A stretch of DNA of 64,000 nucleotides from Bacteroidota bacterium. GTDB taxonomy: Bacteria > Bacteroidota > Ignavibacteria > Kapaibacteriales > UBA961. Below the pieces are notes generated by a model, which had not been told where the DNA came from, did not search any database, and was given only the letters and a program-made list of their open reading frames with translations. Both the position numbers and the translations under genes were made by a program. Of the stretch, positions 21,101 to 31,176 are shown in pieces. The stretch lies in the NCBI GenBank assembly GCA_049317525.1, contig JBMOIC010000002.1:67912-131911 (forward strand), written 5' to 3'. Position 1 is the stretch's first letter; each line of letters starts with the position of its first letter.

Positions 21101-23388
21101 TAGCGTTGTATGATAATGAATGATGGATAATACATTTCATTATTAACTTTTAGCATATAATACCCATTTGGAACAAAGCTAGGTAATTGTGAATATATAT
21201 GCAGATTACTTTTTATAAGATCTAATGAATATATTTCACCTATTGGGCTTACTAGTGAAAGGCTATGTATATCCAATGATTGTTGTAGATAAAGATGTAA
21301 TGATTCTGTTACTGGATGAGGTGCAATCGTAAGGACTTTACCATATTCTGGAGGCATTTGTATCGAACCAATTGTGATTGGTAGAGTACAATTAGATATT
21401 ACTGAATCATTACTTTGATTAACATCACCAATCAATGGTAAAATTAAGGGTGAACATGTATCAGATATGATAAGAGTATCTGTCCATAATCCTGTTTTAT
21501 ATGGTGTAAAACAAATAGTAAATGTATATGCTTCACCTGGTTTTATCTGAATAGGAAATTGTGCTGGAGGTATAGAAAAAACAATATTATGTAATAGATA
21601 TGGTGATGGTATAAAAATATCCTGATTTGTGTTTTTATTTCTAATCGTTAATGGTATGCAAGAATCCTTGCCAAGAACCAATGTATCAAATGAAAATGAT
21701 GAAGAAAAAAATGATTCAATATTATTTTCTATTGAAAGAACTGCAATCGAAACAGTATCTGTGTAAAATTCACAACCATTTTGGTCTATCACCTTTAACC
21801 AGTATTCTCCTTGCTTATCAATAAACTTTTGCAAACTAGAATCTCCATCATTCCACTGATAATAAGAAAACCCACTAGGAGCAAGTAATTGTGTTTTTTC
21901 ATTTTTACATAACGATGTTTTTCCATTAACTGTAATTTTTGGATATACATTATCACTACGAATAATTGTAGGTGTATTAAATATATATTCACAACCATTT
22001 GTATCTATTACTTTAACAGAATAATTGCCAGACTTAGAAATTATTATTGAGGATTGTGTTTCTTTAGTAGACCACAAATAGGATTGAATAGGCCCTTTTA
22101 TTGTAGCTGATATTACTTCTTCTTTACATAAAATAGAATCTCCACTTAATTCTAAATATATGTTTTGAGATGGTAAATATTCAAAAAACAATGAATCTTG
22201 ATGCCATGTACATGAAGCATAATTATAGGATTGTAAATAATACCAATCTGAACTTTGAACAAGAATCTTATCCTCATTAGATATTTGATTGTTTTTATTA
22301 CCTTTATGCCATGAAAATTGAGAATATGTTCCTTTTGGAGCAGATAATGTAATTGAAGAACCAAAACAATAAGGTGGATTGGGTTTTTGAATCATAAATG
22401 AAGATTGTGTAGGTAGAATATATCGGTATACGCCTTCCCCCACTGCCCAGCCTGTAGTATCATTAATAAACCAGATATCATCAATATTTGCCGAACCAAT
22501 GCCACAATTCTTTTTTTCCCAGTTTTTACCACTATTACTTGTATAAAGCACTTCACCTTTATCTCCAGAAGCCCAGCCACGATTTTGATCTAAAAGATAA
22601 GCTCCAAACATTGCTTTATTCACTAATGTTGTATTCCAAGAACCACCACGATCAGTAGAAAATCTTAAAGATCCTGTTGTTTTATTGCCGCCCGAACAAT
22701 CTTCTCCTGCTGTTGGCAATAAAAAACTATTTCCTTTATTGGTTAATTCTTCTGTCCAATATTTAGGCCCAGAATAAGAAAGAACTGTCCAAATATCTCC
22801 TCCATTGATGGTTTTCCAAAGGACACCACTTGAAACAGCATATCCCAAACCATTTTTTTCATAGAGAATAATATCACTCATACCAGATTGATTTTCAAAA
22901 CCATAATTAATTTGCCAAGTTAATCCCCCATTTGTAGTTTTCATAAAGGTTTGATTGTCCATGCTACAACCACCCCCAACAACAAAACCATTATCATCAT
23001 CAACAAAATAACATCCCCATATTTGTGATACCGTAAATGGTGGAGTAATATCTTTCCAAGTAATTCCACCATCGATACTTTTATACACACCGCCTGGCCC
23101 AGAAACATAACCAACCATCTGCGAAGGAAAATGTACACTCTCTAGAAAAGGATTACCGAAAATTATCGCACCATTCCACGATTTCCCAGCATCAGTAGTT
23201 CTAAGAACTTTTCCATCAAAACCAGTAATCCAGCCATAATTAGGATTAGATGGTAAGAAAAACACATCTAAATAGTATGAATTACCAAAAGGAGATGGCA
23301 ATTGAACTTGTTCCCACTGAGCGTGAATAGCAATAACACTTGTAATTACAAGAAGTATATTGATAATTGCTTTAAAGAAAATATTCAT
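21100..23388 (-). CDS. large secreted protein with BNR (Ycf48/sialidase-like) repeats, SprB-type repeats and a T9SS C-terminal sorting domain
   Basis: Multiple S-x-D-x-G-x-(S/T)-W BNR repeats (TTDAGKSWN, TTNGGLTWQ, TINGGDIWT, STDRGGSWN, TSNSGKNWE). Two G-x-Y-x-VKVID-x-NGCE(Y/F) SprB-like repeats. The C-terminal ~70 aa (…GYYMLKVNNEMYYPSFIIIQR) is T9SS-CTD-like. The start was moved to the internal Met (MNIFFKAIINILLVITSVIAIHAQ) to give a proper signal peptide. The ORF track begins at 23439. Confidence 0.7.
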   Translation of the reverse strand: MNIFFKAIINILLVITSVIAIHAQWEQVQLPSPFGNSYYLDVFFLPSNPNYGWITGFDGKVLRTTDAGKSWNGAIIFGNPFLESVHFPSQMVGYVSGPGGVYKSIDGGITWKDITPPFTVSQIWGCYFVDDDNGFVVGGGCSMDNQTFMKTTNGGLTWQINYGFENQSGMSDIILYEKNGLGYAVSSGVLWKTINGGDIWTVLSYSGPKYWTEELTNKGNSFLLPTAGEDCSGGNKTTGSLRFSTDRGGSWNTTLVNKAMFGAYLLDQNRGWASGDKGEVLYTSNSGKNWEKKNCGIGSANIDDIWFINDTTGWAVGEGVYRYILPTQSSFMIQKPNPPYCFGSSITLSAPKGTYSQFSWHKGNKNNQISNEDKILVQSSDWYYLQSYNYASCTWHQDSLFFEYLPSQNIYLELSGDSILCKEEVISATIKGPIQSYLWSTKETQSSIIISKSGNYSVKVIDTNGCEYIFNTPTIIRSDNVYPKITVNGKTSLCKNEKTQLLAPSGFSYYQWNDGDSSLQKFIDKQGEYWLKVIDQNGCEFYTDTVSIAVLSIENNIESFFSSSFSFDTLVLGKDSCIPLTIRNKNTNQDIFIPSPYLLHNIVFSIPPAQFPIQIKPGEAYTFTICFTPYKTGLWTDTLIISDTCSPLILPLIGDVNQSNDSVISNCTLPITIGSIQMPPEYGKVLTIAPHPVTESLHLYLQQSLDIHSLSLVSPIGEIYSLDLIKSNLHIYSQLPSFVPNGYYMLKVNNEMYYPSFIIIQR

Positions 23389-23720
23389 ATAATATGTTTG
23401 GTATGTTATATATGCAAAACTATAATATAGACATGACATTAGCTTCAGTTTTTATTACTACTGAGGAATCATATGTATTTTTAACTATGTTATGTGTAGT
23501 TTGTAAAAAATACACCAGATATAATTTATCTTATGTTATTGTAAATACTAAAGGTAATTCTTATTTTACAAATGTTACTAAAGACACAAATGTACATATA
23601 TATAATTCAAAATATATACATGTATCATATCACATTAGTTAATGAGAATTATTGCTCTTTTTTTTGATTGTATGAGTATAATTCTCCATCGATTTTTCTT
23701 ATTTATATGGTAGAAAAATT

Positions 23721-25271
23721 ATGAAAAGAAGATCTTTCCTATCCTTTTTCATCCCTGATAATCAAAGTGATAAAGTAGAGAAACCCTTAAATGCAAGTAT
23801 TAATCCCTATACAAAGCCTTTAGATACTCTAACTGCTACTCATTTACTTAGACGCCTAAGTTTTGCCCCAAGCCCAGCTTTAGTAAAACAATTGATTGGT
23901 AAAACTGCATCTGAAGCAGTTTCACTGATATTGGGTAATGAAGAAATGCAGCCAACTGCTCCTAGCTGGATTAATACATCTACAGAGAATCCAAGAGGTG
24001 CAGATATCTATACTAGAAATGCAATCGAAGGAGGCTGGAGAAATCTTCAAGGGCAATTACAAACGTGGTGGCTTACAGCCATGCATAAAGAAACTTTACC
24101 TGCATCAGAGAAACTTACCCTGTTTTGGAGTAGTTTTTTTACAACAGAGTTTGTAAGTGATGATACATATATTCCACCTCAAATGCTGTATAGACAAAAT
24201 GCATTTATTCGAAAAAATAGATTAGGAAATTTTAAAGATTTTGTAAAAGATATCACTTTAGATCCATCAATGCTTGTGTATTTGGGGAATGTTCTAAACA
24301 TTAAAGGAAGACCAAATGAAAATTATGCAAGAGAATTAATGGAATTATATACGTGCGGTATTGGACATTATACCGAAGGTGATGTAAAAGAAGCAGCAAG
24401 AGTGTTAACTGGATGGAAAGTTGGAATGTTTAATGATGAGCCAGCCAAAAATGATATTTACAATACCTATTTTCACCCTCCAGATCATGATACTGGCTCT
24501 AAGCAATTTATGGGAATGCCAATCCCCTCAAGAGATGATATTGCAAATACAGAATATCTGGTAAAAGTAGAAGAGGTAAACGGTCTTATAGATATCCTTT
24601 TTGATGTACGAGCCGATGCTATTTCTAGATTTATAGCTAGAAAAGTGTATTTATTCTTTTTTTATAGCAATCGTGCTGTTGTAGATGAAGAATTTATCCA
24701 AAAAGCTGCCAAAGTGTTTAAAGATAACAAATTCGAAATCAGGCCTTTAATTGAAGTAATGCTTGGAAGTGAATTCTTCTTTAGTGAGTATATAAAAGGT
24801 GCTCAGATAAAATCCCCAGCTGAATTTGCATTAAGTATTTCTCGTCCACTCAATAAATATCAAGCCGATATGGCAAATGCATTAAAAGGTATGGATCAAG
24901 ATTTAATCGATCCTCCAAATGTTGCTGGGTGGGAAGCGCATCAAAAGTGGATTACAACGAAAACATATCCTAATAGAAAAGTATATATCGAGAACATCAT
25001 AAAAGCATTGACAGATGATGAATGCGTCAATTTTGTAAAAAGTTTTGATCAATATGATGATGCTGTAGAATTGGTAAAAAATATTCTTTCTATTTTACTT
25101 CCATTAGGAGTCTCTGATGGCTATAGAATGTATTTAACCGACGCAGTTCTGTTAAAAAATCAGCCTGCTTATGAATGGACAACCATGCTTAATTCAAAAG
25201 CTACGGTAGCGTTAAGAATTAAAGACTTATTAAATGATATAGTAAAAGCTCCTGATTTCCATCTCTGCTAA
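23721..25271 (+). CDS. DUF1800-family protein
   Basis: The N-terminal HLLRRLSFAPSP region matches the DUF1800 HLLRRAGFG motif. It is ~516 aa and sits immediately upstream of a DUF1501 protein, which is the canonical pairing. Confidence 0.68.
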   Translation: MKRRSFLSFFIPDNQSDKVEKPLNASINPYTKPLDTLTATHLLRRLSFAPSPALVKQLIGKTASEAVSLILGNEEMQPTAPSWINTSTENPRGADIYTRNAIEGGWRNLQGQLQTWWLTAMHKETLPASEKLTLFWSSFFTTEFVSDDTYIPPQMLYRQNAFIRKNRLGNFKDFVKDITLDPSMLVYLGNVLNIKGRPNENYARELMELYTCGIGHYTEGDVKEAARVLTGWKVGMFNDEPAKNDIYNTYFHPPDHDTGSKQFMGMPIPSRDDIANTEYLVKVEEVNGLIDILFDVRADAISRFIARKVYLFFFYSNRAVVDEEFIQKAAKVFKDNKFEIRPLIEVMLGSEFFFSEYIKGAQIKSPAEFALSISRPLNKYQADMANALKGMDQDLIDPPNVAGWEAHQKWITTKTYPNRKVYIENIIKALTDDECVNFVKSFDQYDDAVELVKNILSILLPLGVSDGYRMYLTDAVLLKNQPAYEWTTMLNSKATVALRIKDLLNDIVKAPDFHLC

Positions 25272-25308
25272 ATTAAACGAGTATACAAAGAACATTAAGA
25301 GAAATAAT

Positions 25309-26901
25309 ATGACAATACATCGACGCACTCTCCTTAAAGCTGGCGCTGCAGCTGGTGCATTAGCTACATTTGGTAATATTCCAGTTTTTGCATTAAATCC
25401 AGCAAAAATGTTGGGTACAAATGTTATGAATGATGATTCTATTCTTATTATTATTCAATTGTTTGGTGGTAATGATGGGTTGAATACGATTATTCCTGCA
25501 GATGATCCTAATTATTATGCTATAAGACCTAATATTGCGGTTAAAAAAGACCAAGCAAAACGCATTTTTAATTCTAAAGTGTATTTCCATCCAGCTTTAG
25601 TAAATAATGTATATAAAAATGGTTTCTTAGGTTTAATTGAAGAAGGAAGATTAGCTGTTATACAAGGATCAGGATATGAAAATCCAAATCTCTCCCATTT
25701 TAGATCTACGGATATTTGGTTAAGCGGCATTAATTCTTCAGAACCTGATGCTAAACTGAGTGACGGATGGTTAGGACGATACTTTTCATCACAATTACCG
25801 AATTTTCCTATTGAAGTGCCGGATCATCCTTTGTGTATTCAATTAGGCGGTTCTTTATCCATGCTATTTAAAAGCCCAAAAGGTGATATGGGGATTGCTT
25901 TATCCTCACCTGATGAATTCTTTAAGAATGGACAAGGTTCTTCAACTGGTCGCGATATCATACAAGGCAATACTCCTTATGTAGAAGAATATAATTTTAT
26001 TCAAGCAATTGCAAAACAAAGTGATACATATTCTACGGTTGTAAAATCAGCATATGACAAAGGTAAAAATTCACTCAATTATGCTGCAGGATTTCCAGCT
26101 CAAATGGCTACAATTGCTAGGCTAATTTCAGGTGGTTTAAAAACCAAAGTATATATGGCTTATTTAGGTGGTTTTGATACACATGTTCAGCAACAGAATA
26201 CAGATAATTCAGGATTACATCCCAATTTAATGGCTTCTTTAGCCACAGGTATTAGCCAGTTTATGGCAGATGCTTTATCTCAAGGATTTGCTAATAAAGT
26301 AGTTGGGCTAACAGTTTCTGAATTTGGTAGAAGGCCTTATGAGAATGGATCAAATGGTACAGATCATGGAACTACATCTGTACAATTTGCATTTGGCAAT
26401 AGAGTTCAAGCTAATGTATTTGGAAATGACCCGGACTTACAGAACTTTGATAGAAATGGCGATCTAGACTTTGATTTACAAAGAAATATAGATTATAGAA
26501 GAGTATATGCAGAAATATTACAGACATGGTTTGGGGCTACCAAAGAAGAAGTAACAGAGATTTTTGGTGAAAGAGTAGTTCCCCTGCCCTATTTACAGCC
26601 TCCTATAAGTTATGTTGCAGATTCATTTGCTGGTGAAAATAATAATAAGCTTCGTTATTCATGTAATCAATCTAATGGACAAAATGGACATGTTCATTTT
26701 GAATTAAAAAATCCTGCAACACTAGAAGTCAATATCTATGATATTATAGGTAAGTACTCTTCAACAGTGTATAACTCAGAAGCCATACCTGGACACTATG
26801 CAATACCTCTACACACTGAGTCTCTTCAAAATGGAACTTATATATGTGAAGTCCTTGCAGATCAAAACCGAGAAATACTCACTTTTAGCATAGTTCATTA
26901 A
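25309..26901 (+). CDS. DUF1501-family (sulfatase/alkaline-phosphatase-like) protein with a twin-arginine signal and a T9SS C-terminal sorting domain
   Basis: Tat signal MTIHRRTLLKAGAAAGALATFG and the DUF1501 core (IIQLFGGNDGLNTIIPADD…YAIRPNIA). The C-terminal ~75 aa (LEVNIYDIIGKY…GHYAIPLHTESLQNGTYICEVL…) matches the T9SS type-A CTD pattern. Confidence 0.75.
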   Translation: MTIHRRTLLKAGAAAGALATFGNIPVFALNPAKMLGTNVMNDDSILIIIQLFGGNDGLNTIIPADDPNYYAIRPNIAVKKDQAKRIFNSKVYFHPALVNNVYKNGFLGLIEEGRLAVIQGSGYENPNLSHFRSTDIWLSGINSSEPDAKLSDGWLGRYFSSQLPNFPIEVPDHPLCIQLGGSLSMLFKSPKGDMGIALSSPDEFFKNGQGSSTGRDIIQGNTPYVEEYNFIQAIAKQSDTYSTVVKSAYDKGKNSLNYAAGFPAQMATIARLISGGLKTKVYMAYLGGFDTHVQQQNTDNSGLHPNLMASLATGISQFMADALSQGFANKVVGLTVSEFGRRPYENGSNGTDHGTTSVQFAFGNRVQANVFGNDPDLQNFDRNGDLDFDLQRNIDYRRVYAEILQTWFGATKEEVTEIFGERVVPLPYLQPPISYVADSFAGENNNKLRYSCNQSNGQNGHVHFELKNPATLEVNIYDIIGKYSSTVYNSEAIPGHYAIPLHTESLQNGTYICEVLADQNREILTFSIVH

Positions 26902-26910
26902 GGTTTACTT

Positions 26911-27951
26911 GTGTGTAAGAAATTTGTAAGTATGCTTTCTATCTTTCTAATACTTTTATTAGGATGTGGGATTTCACATACTTATGCACAAAATACGCCT
27001 AAAACTATTCCAGCTGAATTTAGCCATATCGATTCTAAAAATGCTCCACTATATCTAAAACCATTAATTACAACTATTCATCAAAGTTTAACTTCAAGTT
27101 TATTCACTGAAGCTCATTATCAAGATGATTTTTCTTTAGGTTTTGATATTTCAATAGCTGCGATGCAAATTCCAGAAAATGCTAAAAATTATACATCAAG
27201 CATTCCTGATATTTATGTAAATAATACAAAAGAATATCAAACACTAACCGGAACTGGAATACTTAATCCAATTACAATTCAACAACCAACAATTTATGGT
27301 GGCACTTCAACGCCATTATTTGTAGTTGGACAAAACCAAACAGCAAAATCTTTAGCTTCACTGGACGGAAAAAATATTGATGCTATAATGGGATTACCTA
27401 TCATTCAGTTATCTCTCAATCTTCCTATTTATTCTCAAGGTAAATTTTGCGCAGCTTATTATAATCAAGGAGATGTATCTTTATCATTTCTAAGAGTTGG
27501 TTATAATCAAAGAATAGATAAGCTAATCAAAGGTTTGCTTCATGATCAAACAATGGCAATTGCATTGCATGGATCATTTAATGAGATCACTATGGCATTT
27601 GGTGATTCTATTAAATCGAATTTTTCGTCACTTGCTATTGGAGTACATGCAAGTAAGAAAATCAACAAATCATTTATGATTTATGCTGGATTTCAATGGG
27701 AGGATATTCAGGGAGGATTTGATGGTGCAAGAAAAAAAGTAAATGGCCAAATAGATAGTCCATATCCAGAAGTAAAAAACAATGAACATTTGCAATTTAA
27801 TTTTATGTCTGATAATTCATATAAAATGATTCTAGGATTAAAAGCCAAGTATGGAATTATTGATTTTTTCACAGATATTTCTTTAGCATCCCAAACAATG
27901 ATAAATTCGGGTTTTTCTGTATACTTTTTTCGTGATACTGATTTCTACTAA
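26911..27951 (+). CDS. hypothetical secreted/outer-membrane protein
   Basis: Signal peptide (…GCGISHTYAQN). The amphipathic β-rich composition ends in aromatic residues (…FFRDTDFY). It is 9 nt after the DUF1501 gene. Confidence 0.5.
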   Translation: MCKKFVSMLSIFLILLLGCGISHTYAQNTPKTIPAEFSHIDSKNAPLYLKPLITTIHQSLTSSLFTEAHYQDDFSLGFDISIAAMQIPENAKNYTSSIPDIYVNNTKEYQTLTGTGILNPITIQQPTIYGGTSTPLFVVGQNQTAKSLASLDGKNIDAIMGLPIIQLSLNLPIYSQGKFCAAYYNQGDVSLSFLRVGYNQRIDKLIKGLLHDQTMAIALHGSFNEITMAFGDSIKSNFSSLAIGVHASKKINKSFMIYAGFQWEDIQGGFDGARKKVNGQIDSPYPEVKNNEHLQFNFMSDNSYKMILGLKAKYGIIDFFTDISLASQTMINSGFSVYFFRDTDFY

Positions 27952-28574
27952 TGAGAATACATTTTACATATAGTTTTTTTTGTGTCACTATGATATGTTG
28001 TCTTATATCTTGTGATACATTACCTACAGTATTTCAAGAACCAAGAGCTCAATATGTTATTGATACTATTGAAGTTATCAATAGTTTTCAGACACCTTTT
28101 TCTGCTGTAACTTCATATAATTTTATTGATGATAATGGAACTATAGGTAATTTTTACAAATCGAATAGAGACAAAATTAAAGAAGCATATATTTATAGTA
28201 TCGCTTATTCTATTGATTCACTTGCCTTTGACCCACTTAGGGATTCGCCATTTACAACAAATCAACAACTGTTTAAACAATTAGAATTCGATTCTATTAA
28301 TATCTTTATACAAGTAAAAGATGATTTAACAAAAGAGTGGAAAGTACCAGTACGATTTGCTACTTTTGATCAGATAAGAGTTTCTAATTATTATAAAACT
28401 CCGCAACTAGTTGTTTTACCAGATTCATTAAGTAAAAGCTTAGGTACAGATCTACGCCTGAACCCAGAAATCAGAATTATGAAAAAGATATCTAAGCCAG
28501 TTCAATCTTCGGGGTATTTTAAGCATTTTGGATCAAGGATTCAGATAGCGATTGGCTTCACATTAAATTATTAA
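27951..28574 (+). CDS. hypothetical lipoprotein
   Basis: Lipobox LISCDT. The start overlaps the upstream stop (TAATG). Confidence 0.5.
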   Translation: MRIHFTYSFFCVTMICCLISCDTLPTVFQEPRAQYVIDTIEVINSFQTPFSAVTSYNFIDDNGTIGNFYKSNRDKIKEAYIYSIAYSIDSLAFDPLRDSPFTTNQQLFKQLEFDSINIFIQVKDDLTKEWKVPVRFATFDQIRVSNYYKTPQLVVLPDSLSKSLGTDLRLNPEIRIMKKISKPVQSSGYFKHFGSRIQIAIGFTLNY

Positions 28575-28582
28575 TCTCAAAT

Positions 28583-30403
28583 ATGATACAGTGTATTTTA
28601 GCATTTCTCTTGTGTTTTACATGTCAACTTCAAGCGCAAAAAGTTAATAATGATGAAGTATACACATTAGCAATTAGTTATGAGAAATCTGGAGATACCA
28701 AAAATGCCGCGCGTGTATATCAGGAATTATATGCTAAGGATAATACTAATAGTAATTATCTATACGGCGTTTCTAGAACTCTACAAAGTTTACAAAGATT
28801 TCCAGAATTACTACCAATTATAGAAGAGTTTACAATTCGATTTCCAACAATAGAACACTTTTCTTTATGTTCATTTATTGCTAAAAAATCAGGTTTTACT
28901 GAAAAAAGCAATACATATTGGGAGCAATCTTTACAATTAGTGTCCAAACTTCCCAATGATATAGTAAAAGATAATGCAATTCGATTAATTGGAAAGTATC
29001 AAACAGATGCGCAATCAGGTAATAATGCAATTCTAACCTATAAAAAAGGAAAAGAGCTACTTAAGAATCAACTAGGATTATATTCAGATGAATTATCGCA
29101 ATTATATGCTTTAATCAAAGATTATGAATCTGGCACAAAAGAGGTATTAGAACTATTCTCACTTAATCAAAATTATGCTTTAGTTCAGGGTAGGCTTTCT
29201 GCATATTTAACCACAATTGAATCAATCGAACATATAGACAAACAACTTTCTAAACAGGCTGAATTACAACATTCATATGCATTATATAAATTATATCAGT
29301 GGTTTTTAAGGGAAACAAAACAATATGATAAAGCTTTGTCTTTGGTGAAGATAACTGAGAAATTATTTGGTTCAAAAGGAAGAGACATAGCAGATTTTGC
29401 TGATTTATGTAATAAAGATGGCATATTAGATATTGCAAATGAAGCATATTCTTTGTTGATAGATCTAGGTAAATCTTCACCATTTTATTCAAAAGCAATT
29501 TTTGGTTATGCTACTGTTTTAGAGCAAAAATTAAATATTCTTAAAAAAACATTTCCAGATTCTATCCCAAAAGATGATATACATTATATTATAAGTAAAT
29601 ATGATGATATTGCACAATCATCACCCAATACAGCCATTGCAAGTGAATGTCTTTTTAGAAAATCTCAATTACAAAGTAATTTTTTGGATGACAATGTTTC
29701 TGCAAAAAAAACATTAGAACTGATTATCCAACGATATACTCATCATTCGATTTCAGTGTTGGCTGCTAATGAACTTGCATTATTACTGATTAAAGACAAT
29801 GATAGTACTGAAGCAAAAAAGATACTTCTACATAATATCACAAAAGCATCTCTTAATCCAAAAGAAACCGATAGATCTCAGTTTATTTTAGCTGAGATGA
29901 TGTATTTTGAAGGCAATATAGATTCTGCTATTGTGTTTTTATTACCAATTTCAGGAAAACCAGAATCTGATATTGCTAATGATGCTCTTGAACGATTATT
30001 GTTTATTGAAGAGAACAAACAATATGTATCAGACTTAATCATCTTTGCAAAAGCAGAGCATTATGAAAGAATGAGGAAATATTCTGAAGCTTTACCAGAA
30101 TTTAAGAAGATTACTGCCGAAGGAGATTTATCAGAATTAAGTCAAATTAAAATTGCTGAAGTTTATTCAAAATTGAAAAATATCAATAAAGCAATTGAGG
30201 AATATTCCAGGTTTTTGACACTGTATCCAGAAAGTATTCGAACTGATAAAGTATTGTATACAATTGGAGAGATGAATATTCTTCAAGGGGAAAAAGAAAA
30301 GGCTATCATATCATTTACTGATATTTTGATTAGATATCCTAATTCTATGTATGTAAAAAAATCGAGAGAAATCATCCGTAAACTAAGAGGTGATGTACAT
30401 TAA
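28583..30403 (+). CDS. secreted TPR-like helical-repeat protein
   Basis: Signal peptide (…CQLQAQK) followed by 606 aa of TPR-like repeats. It is the last gene of the DUF1800/DUF1501 operon. Confidence 0.6.
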   Translation: MIQCILAFLLCFTCQLQAQKVNNDEVYTLAISYEKSGDTKNAARVYQELYAKDNTNSNYLYGVSRTLQSLQRFPELLPIIEEFTIRFPTIEHFSLCSFIAKKSGFTEKSNTYWEQSLQLVSKLPNDIVKDNAIRLIGKYQTDAQSGNNAILTYKKGKELLKNQLGLYSDELSQLYALIKDYESGTKEVLELFSLNQNYALVQGRLSAYLTTIESIEHIDKQLSKQAELQHSYALYKLYQWFLRETKQYDKALSLVKITEKLFGSKGRDIADFADLCNKDGILDIANEAYSLLIDLGKSSPFYSKAIFGYATVLEQKLNILKKTFPDSIPKDDIHYIISKYDDIAQSSPNTAIASECLFRKSQLQSNFLDDNVSAKKTLELIIQRYTHHSISVLAANELALLLIKDNDSTEAKKILLHNITKASLNPKETDRSQFILAEMMYFEGNIDSAIVFLLPISGKPESDIANDALERLLFIEENKQYVSDLIIFAKAEHYERMRKYSEALPEFKKITAEGDLSELSQIKIAEVYSKLKNINKAIEEYSRFLTLYPESIRTDKVLYTIGEMNILQGEKEKAIISFTDILIRYPNSMYVKKSREIIRKLRGDVH

Positions 30404-31164
30404 TCGAAAGGATTTTCATCTGGATCTTCTAGTGTATCTCTTTCATGATAAGTAGATCTTTCTGAAAATATAGAATGGATATATCTGATTCCCCCAACAA
30501 CAAGATACAATAACATACTGGGGAAAATCAAAGCCCCTTTACTGAGGAAAGAGCCAATAAAACCAGAGAATACAAGCAATGAAAATATTGGACGAGATTT
30601 TAGTAAGGAAATGCTTGGTCTTGGGAGATTATCATACTTTATTGTACTTATCATTGCTAAAGAAACTATTGCAATAATAACTGTAGTGCTAATTACAGTA
30701 TAATCATCGGGAATAATATGTAATGGCAAAAAGAAAACAATATATGAAACTAAAGTAACAGCACTTGCCGGAATTGGCATTCCACTAAAAAACAACTTAT
30801 CCTCAAAACCTTTAAGCTGAACATTAAATCTTGCTAGCCGATAAACACCTGCTAAAACAGGTAATGAAGCAATAAGAACACCTGTAGAATTCCATTCATA
30901 CATCATACTTTTATATAACATAAATGAAGGGGCTAATCCAAAGGAAACAGCATCACATAATGAGTCTAATTCAACTCCTAATTCACTTGTTGATTTGGTT
31001 AACCTAGCCATCATTCCATCTAAAGCATCAAATATTCCAGCGATAAAGATACATATTGCAGCCCTATCATAATTACCATCGGAAATATGAATAATTGCAG
31101 TAAAACCTGAGAACAAATTAGCTAAGGTAAATAAATTTGGAATGATTGAACGTGTAATTCTCAT
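30400..31164 (-). CDS. pssA: CDP-diacylglycerol--serine O-phosphatidyltransferase
   Basis: The CDP-OH transferase motif DALDGMMAR…G…DSLCD is present in a 254-aa multi-TM protein of PssA-like size. Confidence 0.78.
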   Translation of the reverse strand: MRITRSIIPNLFTLANLFSGFTAIIHISDGNYDRAAICIFIAGIFDALDGMMARLTKSTSELGVELDSLCDAVSFGLAPSFMLYKSMMYEWNSTGVLIASLPVLAGVYRLARFNVQLKGFEDKLFFSGMPIPASAVTLVSYIVFFLPLHIIPDDYTVISTTVIIAIVSLAMISTIKYDNLPRPSISLLKSRPIFSLLVFSGFIGSFLSKGALIFPSMLLYLVVGGIRYIHSIFSERSTYHERDTLEDPDENPFD

Positions 31165-31176
31165 AGAAAAATGTGC

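Noticed and set aside
21795-23138. Four short minus-strand ORFs (21795..21998, 22152..22364, 22392..22580, 22941..23138) within the BNR/T9SS gene
   Set aside because: They are alternative frames of the same strand inside a long, well-supported ORF, and the peptides are low-complexity.
23394-24156. 82-aa ORF 23394..23642 in the divergent intergenic region and 72-aa ORF 23938..24156 inside the DUF1800 gene
   Set aside because: The first is an AT-rich intergenic artefact (Y/N/I-rich with no features). The second is an out-of-frame overlap with the DUF1800 gene.
25393-25730. Minus-strand ORFs 25393..25590 and 25515..25730 inside the DUF1501 gene
   Set aside because: Antisense to the supported gene, and the peptides are I/N-rich.
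28756-29498. Minus-strand ORFs 28756..28956 and 29250..29498 in the TPR-like gene
   Set aside because: Antisense overlaps with no features.
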